From the NCBI GenBank assembly GCA_002269645.1, contig NIVC01002113.1, positions 1 through 39,868 on the forward strand: a DNA stretch of 39,868 nt, read 5' to 3'. This stretch comes from Macrostomum lignano (lineage: Eukaryota). A program made the position numbers and the translations under genes. This document shows, piece after piece, positions 11,827-20,900 of this stretch; the stretch's first letter is position 1; every line of letters starts with the position of its first letter. The notes under the pieces are model-generated. The model ran no database searches, was not told the DNA's origin, and was given only the letters and a program-made list of their open reading frames with translations.

Positions 11827-12756
11827 TTTAAATAGGTTTTAATTTTTACGCGTCCTTGTCAACTAAACTTTTTTTGGCAGTTTTCGGCAGTTCGTATTGC
11901 GTTTCTAGGAAAATATTTGGCTCCGCCGCCACATTTTATCTCGCTTGGTGGGTTTAGTTAGTTCCTAGTTCGTGCTTTGTGCTTCTCTCTCTGTCCACTT
12001 GGCCATTTGGAACATACTGGGCTGCCCGTCTATTTCATTCCCGCGCGTACTAACTGACTGAATGTACATTGCTTGCTTTTCTAAATAGCGGGGGAGGGGG
12101 GTTTGTCCAACTGACGGGACGTACATTCAACCCTTAAAATAAAAACCGGCGTGTACGCAGAGACGTGAGAGGGTAAGAGAGAGAGAGAGAGAAAGAACGA
12201 TCCGTGGGAAAGAGAGCCTGCCTTTACTTGAATGTAAATTATTCATATTTAAACGCGCTTTATCGAGCACACTAAGCGTGTCTTATCTCGCCTCTGCCGT
12301 TTACTTAAATTTACTTGTTATTTATATAATTCTTAGTTTCAGAACATAGACATTGTATTGCGCGAAAACAATTAATTTGCTGCCTTTGAGTGGTGGTTAA
12401 GGTTAGTTCAAATTAGTTGGCATGATAAGGGTCAATAATCATGTGTGGCAACTTGTAAAATCGTTTTACGAGCCCGAGAGTTTACAAACTAGAAATTTCT
12501 TCGACCGGAAATTTGAGGTTGTAAACAGATCTCTTACGAGTTCTGGGGTTTAATGGAGTGAATGCTCACTGCAAATTCACTCCATATTGATAAGTTACCT
12601 CTCATTGGCGTGAATGCCGACTGCTCGTGCTCATTGGCTCATTGGGAGTGACTAACTCATTGCTCATTCGCTCGTTGGGGACGAAGACGTACCGTCCGCT
12701 CATTCGGGTTACTAACAGGCAACAGCTACTTATTTTGGTGAACTTCCAGTCAGCAG

Positions 12757-13297
12757 TCACCCACTGCTCATTGGGATGAATGCCCACTGCTCATTGGGTT
12801 GAATGCCCACTGCTCATTAAGGTGAGTGCCCACTGCTCATTAAGGTGAGCGCCCACTGCTCATTAAGGTGAATGTCCACTGCTCATTAATGTGAGTGCCG
12901 ACTGCTCATTAAGGTGAATGCCCACTGCTCATTAAGGTGAGTGCCCACTGCTCATTAAGGTGAATGCCCACTGCTCATTAAGGTGAATGCCCACTGCTCA
13001 TTAAGGTGAATGCCCACTGCTCATTAAGGTGAGTGCCCACTGCTCATTAAGGTGAATGCCCACTGCTCATTAAGGTGAATGCCCACTGCTCATTGAGGTG
13101 AATGCCCACTGCTCATTAAGGTGAATGCCCACTGCTCATTAAGGTGAGTGCCCACTGCTCATTAAGGTGAGTGCCCACTACTCATTAAGGTGCCCACTGC
13201 TCATTGGGATGAATGCCCACTGCTCATTGGGGTGAATGCCCACTGCTCATCAAGGTGAATGCCCACTACTCATTAATGCCCACTGCTCATTGGGGTG
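12757..13297. repeat. 23-bp minisatellite (CCCACTGCTCATTAAGGTGARTG)n, about 23 units, with degenerate copies from about 12600
   Basis: Directly visible period of 23. Confidence 0.95.
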
Positions 13298-14090
13298 AGG
13301 ATTTAGTGGTTAGTAAACTTGGTGATTGATTGATTTGGTTTTCAGCTCATCAATTCTCAATTAACACTTCATCGTGTATAATCCTTATCGTATCTCACCA
13401 TTTAAAATTCTGTCTCACCATAAGCCAGTCGTCAAGCAATAAAAAAACTTTTGTCAAGTGAGAGTGATAGTGTCCTACAGCATGTCAATATACTACAGTT
13501 CACCCAAATACGAGCGAACACGTTAACATGTTATCCTGAAAATCTTCACACCTTCTTAGTGAAGTCAGTTTTCCAGAACGAACTGCACACACCCAACCTC
13601 CTAGCCTTACCTTGTCACCGATCTTCGCACCTACTTTAGCTCATGGGTTATCTTGCCGTCTGCTTGAGCAGCTAAACTGACTTTTTTACTACGAGCGTAG
13701 AACCACTTAGAGCCACACTCCACCGCGTGACACCTCAACTTGACTCTGCCCTCTGCCAGGGCCAAAACAATAGCCAAAATTTTACTATCTTTACTATTCG
13801 CTCCATAGTACCAACGTAATTGCAAAACATTCGAGAGCAATTTAGTAATTCAGAGCGATTCGATGATCTCTCAGCCAACCAACATTGAGCATGGACTCGA
13901 GATAAGCCCAAGCAGGACCAGTTCCAGGGGCCCGCCCGCCTCAACCTCCGCGCGGCCAATTCCAAAATTGAGCCGAGCAGCGGTCTCTCGGACCGCTGCG
14001 AGCCAGTGACCTCAGGGCCAGGCCGAGACCGGTTCCCACCTAAAGCTTCCATCGAGAAAAGGATAAATAACAATACAGAACTCAGCACGT

Positions 14091-15284
14091 ATGACAGAAT
14101 CAGCCGAAACTGTCACCACTCAGCTGTTCAGTCAGCTAGCGACACCGCAGCCCAGACAGCCGGACTCAATGAGCCTCGACCCGCACCGAGCCAGCGTGGT
14201 GGTGGACCTGCTCGAATCCGCAACCAGAGCCGGCGCACTCGAGAAGCAGGAGGCCGCGGCCATCCTGTCCAGCTGGATCGAGGAGCAGAAGCAGGTGCAC
14301 TCCGACTCGTCCTCGCCCGGCCCGGACTCGGAGCCATCGCAGACGCCCCCGTCGCAGCTGCCGTTGCCCCCGCCGCAACAGATGCCGCCTCTAATGACGC
14401 CGAAATCATCCTCGACCACAATGACGGTCAAGACTACGACCACGACGACTACGACCACGACACAGCCGCCCGCGCAGCTGCCCGGCAGTCCAACTGTCGC
14501 GGTCAGCTCCGCCGCGGTCACCCTCAGAGAAGCAGTCACCTCTCTAACGCCGAAAAGTGTTCGCCGACTGTCGAAACAGCTGCCAGCAGCCAGCAAGCAC
14601 AGCTCCGTGCCGAATACCCCCACCGCCGCCACGGCTGGCCGGAAGTTTTCGTTCTCGCCGCAGTCAACCGCAGCCGCGACGACCAAGTCATCTACGAAAA
14701 CCAACACAACGACGACGAACTCGTCGGCTGGGCGGCCAAAAACTCCGCAACAGCGCCAACGAGGTCGCCGATCTCAACAGCCGCAGCTGCAGCCGCAGCA
14801 GCCGATGCGCAGCCTGCTGCACGTGTTCGCCGCCTGCGCCATCGGCGAGCGCGGATCGGACGAGAGCGGCGAGAGCGACTCCGCAGCTGCCGCTTGTCGA
14901 ACTCCAGCTGGGCCGCTGCAGCACCGCTTCTACCTGGATCCGCTGCCTCCGACTCCGACGCCGCCACCACCCCCGCCTCCACCGCCTCCGCCACCGCCGC
15001 CGATCTCGCAGCCGCTGCGGCCAACCTCTTCAACCAGCAGCGACCCGCAAGTGTACGCCTTGTACGACCCGGCAGGCGCCGAGCAGCACACCTATTGCTA
15101 CATCGATGACACGGATCTGCAGATGGACTGCTGCAGCAGCGCCAGCAGCAACACTATCCAGTCCGAATCGAAGAAGCAGCCGTCAAAGCAGGCGGAGGCA
15201 TCACCGTCGGGCACCAGCGACAGCGGAGTGTACGGCTCCGGGCTGCGGGTGGAGACGTCCACAGCCGATGCAGTTTACAACTGA
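14091..15284 (+). CDS. Hypothetical Ser/Thr/Pro-rich, largely disordered protein (397 aa) with a poly-Pro tract; the true start may lie upstream
   Basis: A 1.2-kb ORF in a GC-rich island with mostly C/G-ending codons; GC falls abruptly after the stop. No recognisable domain. An open frame at about 13889-14100 could be an upstream extension through a frameshift. Confidence 0.55.
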   Translation: MTESAETVTTQLFSQLATPQPRQPDSMSLDPHRASVVVDLLESATRAGALEKQEAAAILSSWIEEQKQVHSDSSSPGPDSEPSQTPPSQLPLPPPQQMPPLMTPKSSSTTMTVKTTTTTTTTTTQPPAQLPGSPTVAVSSAAVTLREAVTSLTPKSVRRLSKQLPAASKHSSVPNTPTAATAGRKFSFSPQSTAAATTKSSTKTNTTTTNSSAGRPKTPQQRQRGRRSQQPQLQPQQPMRSLLHVFAACAIGERGSDESGESDSAAAACRTPAGPLQHRFYLDPLPPTPTPPPPPPPPPPPPPPISQPLRPTSSTSSDPQVYALYDPAGAEQHTYCYIDDTDLQMDCCSSASSNTIQSESKKQPSKQAEASPSGTSDSGVYGSGLRVETSTADAVYN

Positions 15285-16107
15285 CAGGAAGTGTTTGAAC
15301 ATTTTCTTTTAAAAAAAACACTTATAAAGCAACTTATTTCGCGCAAGCAAAGCTGACCGTCTCGGATAGGCGCCCGCGAAAGCACTTTTCTGCTGGCGCC
15401 AGAAAACTCAGATGCCTTACCCTTTATCGTATTAACGCGTAGGCTCGTATTGCAAACTCGACGCCTGTCTATATGATGCACATATTCATAACTTGTGCCG
15501 CAACAATTCCTATTTTTTATTGAGCGCGTTTCCAAAACTATACCTGTAATAAGTGCGAACTGCTCTTTATTGAATTATTTAAAATTTAGAAATATTTTGT
15601 AGTTGCGAGGTTCCGGACCCAGCACTTTACAGTCAGCCCGGATTTTGGTTTCTCCGGTGCTTGGGTTCTTTTGTAGCAATTTCTAGCCAATGCCCCCTGC
15701 GTATGTACTTGTACTTACAGCTTCGCTACCGATTTCTATTGCTTGTGCTAAAGAAGTTTTGAATAGTTGTTTTATGGAATCGCATCCTATTGCGCTGTTT
15801 CTGATATGCAATGTGCAGTTTCTATGCGACTTTTTCTTAGAAAGTATACTGAAGTACATTTGCTCGAAACTTTGAACTGGACGAATTTGTCACTGGATTT
15901 GTCTTATCATGGATTGGAAGCAATCCATATACAAGATTCACAACCAACTAACCAACCAACCTGCTGACTGGGCCCGGCTGCCCGCCAGCCCCAAAATTCT
16001 CTCCAACCCACAAGAAGACAATTGGAATGTCTATGGCCAAGCCGCTGAGCATCTGGTAGTGTTCCTGGCTTGAATGCATGGCTAATTTCGAATACAAGGC
16101 ACGCTTT

Positions 16108-16422
16108 GATTGGCCAGCTGTCGCCTCACACCCACCCCACTCCGCGCTGATTGGCCAGCTGTCGCCTCACACCCACCCCACTCCGCGCTGATTGGCCAGC
16201 TGAAATCTCACCCACCCACTCCGCGCTGATTGGCCAGCTGAAACCTCACACCCACCCCACTCCGCGCTGATTGGCCAGCTGAAACCTCACACCCACCCAC
16301 TCGCACTGATTGGCCAGCTGTAGCCTCACACCCGGCCCACTCCTCGCTGAGTAGCCAGATTTAGCCTCACACCCACCCCACTCGGCGCTGATTGGCCAAC
16401 TGAAACCTCACACCCACCCACT
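16108..16422 (+). repeat. 41-bp minisatellite (GATTGGCCAGCTGTCGCCTCACACCCACCCCACTCCGCGCT)n, about 8 units
   Basis: GATTGG recurs at 16108, 16149 and onward. It is the same family as 19216-19580 but inverted. Confidence 0.93.
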
Positions 16423-17059
16423 TCGTTTAAAGGACATATTGTACCAGGTACTTGCGCATCTTCCCACTTGTTAATTAATTGTTACTCTTAGTGTAAGCTT
16501 GAGACTTTTGTAGCAAATAAAATACTCTGAATTCAGTGTTTCGCGCGCAGGGATCAGGTCATTAAAATTGTGACCAAAAAGTTAAAATTATTTTATTGCA
16601 CTGGAGGACACAGACAATATTATTGGAATGCAAGAAAAAATATCGATCGTAAAAATCAATAAATCCTTTTTACAGTTGATTTAAAAACTTTGATAACAAC
16701 AATTTTGAACAACTAAAAATATTGAATAGCTAAAAAGATGAAAATTTGGTAAAACAGGAATTGTAAAACTTGACAACCCATTTCCGATGTGTTGAAAGAT
16801 AGTTTTCTACTTTTTACATTCATAAATTTGTTATTGCAATGGAGAATACATCAATATTTAATCATAAATTGCGAAACTATATGATAAAAACTACGGAATG
16901 TTAAATGTTTATAATGAAAGCATGAAGAATCAAGTGAAGGTGTAATTATATCAGATTGTAAATCTATCTTACTTCTAACATGATTCAAAGAAGTTGCACT
17001 CGAAGAAGTACTTGACTTTAAACTAACGATAGTAAAAAATCGAAAATGAAGCACACATA

Positions 17060-17745
17060 GAGAGAGAGGGGGGAAGGAAGAGTGAGAGGGAGATGGGCAG
17101 ATGGGAGATGTAAAGAAGAGAGAGGGAGAGGGAGAAGAGAGGGAGAGTGAGAGGGAGAGGGACAGGGGGAGATGTAGAGAAGGGAGATAAGGAGAGGGAG
17201 AGGGAGATGGAGAGGGAGAGGGAGAGGGAGAGGGAGAGGGAAAGTGAGAGGGAGAGGGAGAGGGAAAGTGAGAGGGAGAGGGAGAGGGAGAGGGAAAGTG
17301 AGAGGGAGAGGGAGAGGGAAAGTGAGAGGGAGAGGGAGAGGGAAAGTGAGAGGGAGAGGGAGAGGGAGATGGAGAGGGAGAGGGACAGGGGGAGATGTAG
17401 AGAAGGGAGAGGAAGAGGGCGAGGGAGATGGAGAGGGAGAGGGACAGGGGAGATGTAGAGAAGGGAGAGGAAGAGGGCGAGGGAGATGGAGAGGGAGAGG
17501 GACAGGGGGAGATGTAGAGAAGGGAGATAAGGAGAGGGAGAGGGAGATGGAGAGGGAGAGGGAGAAGAGGAGGGTGAGAGGGAGAAGAGAGGGAGAGGGA
17601 AAGTGAGAGGGAGAGGGAGAGGGAGATGGAGAGGGAGAGGGACAGGGGGAGATGTAGAGAAGGGAGATAAGGAGAGGGAGAGGGAGAGGGAGAGGAAGAG
17701 GGAGAGGGAGATGGAGAGGGAGAGGAGGGTGAGGTTAGAGGGCAG
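17060..17745. repeat. Homopurine (GA-rich) tract of GGGAGA hexamers with a longer recurring unit (GGGACAGGGGGAGATGTAGAGAAGGGAG)
   Basis: About 680 bp that are almost entirely A/G on the + strand. Confidence 0.95.
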
Positions 17746-17905
17746 AGCACACCGCTAAGCCAGTTTCAAACAGAGAAGTCAAATCATAAAATGTCAAGGC
17801 CCACAACATTCTGCAGCACGTTTTTCTATGCAAAGTAAAAATCTCAACGAGAAGTCAACAGCCATGAAATTTCGGTCACCATGGCAACAAAGCAATCACA
17901 GCAGC

Positions 17906-20900
17906 TCAATACAGCCAGCTGACGGGCAGCCACTGGTGCTCCCTGCTCAGCGAGTCCAGCAGGGTCTCCAGCTGCTCACAGCAGGCGTCAAAGTTGTCGC
18001 AGATGAGCACGGCATCGAACAGGTGTCTGTAAGAGCGCTCGATTCGAATTGACTCCTGGATGGAGCGGCGAAAGTCCTCATCCTGCCGGGGGAATTCGGT
18101 TCGAACAATCATATTTTTTCTCTTTAGTACGTAGAACCACTAATTAGCCTGAAAATCCATAATAAAAAGGCAAAAAGCCAAAAATTAAACTTCAAGAACC
18201 CCAAATCAAAATCTCAAATCAAAATCCCAGAATCCCAAATCAAAATCTCAAAAAATCCCAAACCAAACTTTCCAACAATCCCAAATCAAATTCCCGAAAA
18301 TCCAAAATTAAAATTCCAAAAAATTCCAAATCTAAATCCCAAATCAAAATCCCACAAATCCCAAATCAAAATCCCAAAAATCTCCAAATCAAAATCCCCA
18401 AAAATCTCCAAATCAAAATCACAAAATCCTAAATCAAAATCCTAAAATCCCCCACTCAAAATAAAAAAATGCCAACTTAAAACCTTTAAGAATTCCAAAT
18501 CAAAAGCAAGACATCCCAAATAAAAAACCCTATTTTTCGAAATACAAAAATCTCAAATCCCCAATTGAAAAAAAATCACAGTCAAAATCTTAGGAACTCG
18601 TCAGATTGCACATTCATCTATAAACTCAGCTCGTAAATAACGAGCTCACCCGCTTCAGCTTTCGTGTGAGTCCGAGAGACGAGCCCAGCTCGTACATTGA
18701 CTTCATGCACTCGAAGCTCGGGGCTGCCAGGAACACAACGTAGGGTTTGAACTCCGCTGTGCACACCAGCCGGGCCTTTTCTGGGGCGCAGTCGAGGATA
18801 AGGGTTCGGTCCTGCGGGGTTATAAAAAAAATTACTCATAATATCCGCTGTGGGCACCCTGGTGCAACACCTTGCCATTCCGCTGACTCCACATACAACC
18901 GCACCAACACTGTCCGCAGGCACGCACACTCATACACACGCTCACACAGGGTGCACAGCGGCACTTTGACTTTCTGCTCTGTTGTCCCCACCTGCTTAGC
19001 CATTGACCTCAGCGTGTCCATCTTAATCCCATACAGGTGGCCATTGAGCTGTCCGTGTTCCAGGTAGCCGCCACGCCGAATGTCCACCTCCATTTCGGAC
19101 TGCCCAGCGAACAGGTATTTCTCGCCGTTCAACTCTCCGTCTCTCTGAGGCCGGCTGGTGTGCGGAATTGGCCTGGCGAACTCTTCCGGTCTCTGTCTGA
19201 CAGGTGTATAAAATTGCGCGGAGTGGGGTGTAAGGCTACAGCTGGCTAATCAGCGCGGAGTGGGGTGGGTATGAGGCTACAGCTGGCCAACCAGCGCGGA
19301 GTGGGGTGGGTGCAGGGCTACAGCTGGCCAATCAGCGAGAAGTGGGGTGGGTGTGAGTCTACAGCTGGCCAATCAGCGAGGAGTGGGGTAGGTGTGAGGC
19401 TACAGCTGGCCAATCAGCGCGGAGTGGGGTGTGTGCAAGGCTACAGATGGCCAATCAGCGAGGAGTGGGGTGGGTGTGAGGCTACCGCTGGCCAATCAGC
19501 GAGGAGTGGGGTGGGTGTGAGGCTACCGCTGGCCAATCAGCGAGGAGTGGGGTGGTGCGAGGCTACAGCTGACCAATCAGTGCCGATTTGTGAAAATTGA
19601 AAGAGTGCTGACAACCTTACCTGATCAGCTGATCAATAAGCGAGTATTTGCCAATCCCTGGAGCGCCCAGCAACAGCACAAGAGACCGCTTAAATGGCGG
19701 CACCCGAGCCACTTCCTGGTAGATGGTCAGGTCCGACTTCTCGTACGTTTGCGACAACTTGGCCTTGTAGGTCATTTTGACTTTTCTTTTCTTGCTGGTA
19801 AGTCCGAGACCCATGACCTGTCAGAGAGCGACATGTGTGTTCTACTTATTTACTTTTTTACTCCGTCTTCTCCAAAAGAATTAGAGCAGAATAGCCCCTG
19901 GTGCTGGCGCCCCTGGTGCTGGCGCCCCTGGTGCTAGCGCCCCTGGTGCTGGCGCCCCTGGTGCTAGCGCCCCTGGTGCTGGCGCCCCTTGTGCTGGCGT
20001 CCCTGTTGCTGGCGCCCCTGGTGCTGGCGCCCCTGGTGCTAGCGCCCCTGGTGCTGGCGCCCCTTGTGCTGGCGTCCCTGTTGCTGGCGCCCCTGGTGCT
20101 GGCGCCTCTGGTGCTGGCGCCCCTGGTGCTGGCCCCAATATATCAGTTTGGGACACAGCCCCATACAGCTTGGGACACAGCCCCACACAGCTTGGGACAC
20201 AGCCCCACACAGCTTGGGACACAGCCCCATACAGCTTGGGACACAGCCCCATACAGCTTGGGACACAGCCCCATACAGCTTGGGACACAGCCCCATACAG
20301 CTTGGGACACAGCCCCATACAGCTTGGGACACAGCCCCATACAGCTTGGGACACAGTCCCATACAGCTTGGGACACAGCCCCATACAGCTTGGGACACAG
20401 CCCCATACAGCACGTCTCCCACCTTGTAGTTGATGGCGTCCTTATCCGGGGCTGACTGGACGAAGGCAACCCGCCGCTCCTGCAGAGTCAGGGAGGGGAT
20501 GAGGCCGGCTCTGCCCTGGCTGCTCCACAGCCGCGCCTGCCACCAGTTCGGGTCCTCCTGCGACAGCACTTGCAGCACGTCGCCAACGGTGAACTTCAGG
20601 CCAGCCTCGCGACACGGGAGCAGGCCGTCGTATTGAGGGTCGTAGGAGAACAGCGCCTTCACGTAGGTCTGTAGGGTTTTTTTAGGAAAGATTATTTTTG
20701 ATTTTTATCAAATGCTTGTTTATTTCTGTCAAATTTACTTTAGCTTCAATTTAGCGCCAGTTTAGTTCCGATTTAGCGCCACATGAGCATGGGTTTAGCG
20801 CCACATGAGCGCCGATTTAGCGCCACATAAGCACCGGTTTAGCGCCATATGAGCGCCGATTTAGCACCGATTTAGCGCCGATTTAGCGGCAATTGAACGC

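Noticed and set aside
13631-14088. Minus-strand ORFs of 69 and 117 aa
   Set aside because: No motifs; they are likely antisense shadows of the GC-rich region leading into the + strand ORF.
16851-17750. Pro/Ser-rich and Arg/Glu/Gly-rich ORFs
   Set aside because: They are products of the GA homopurine tract.
19881-20469. Collagen- or extensin-like repeat ORFs, and the repeat tail of ORF 20039-20662
   Set aside because: These come from 15-bp and 22-bp intronic arrays; only 20668-20423 is exon.
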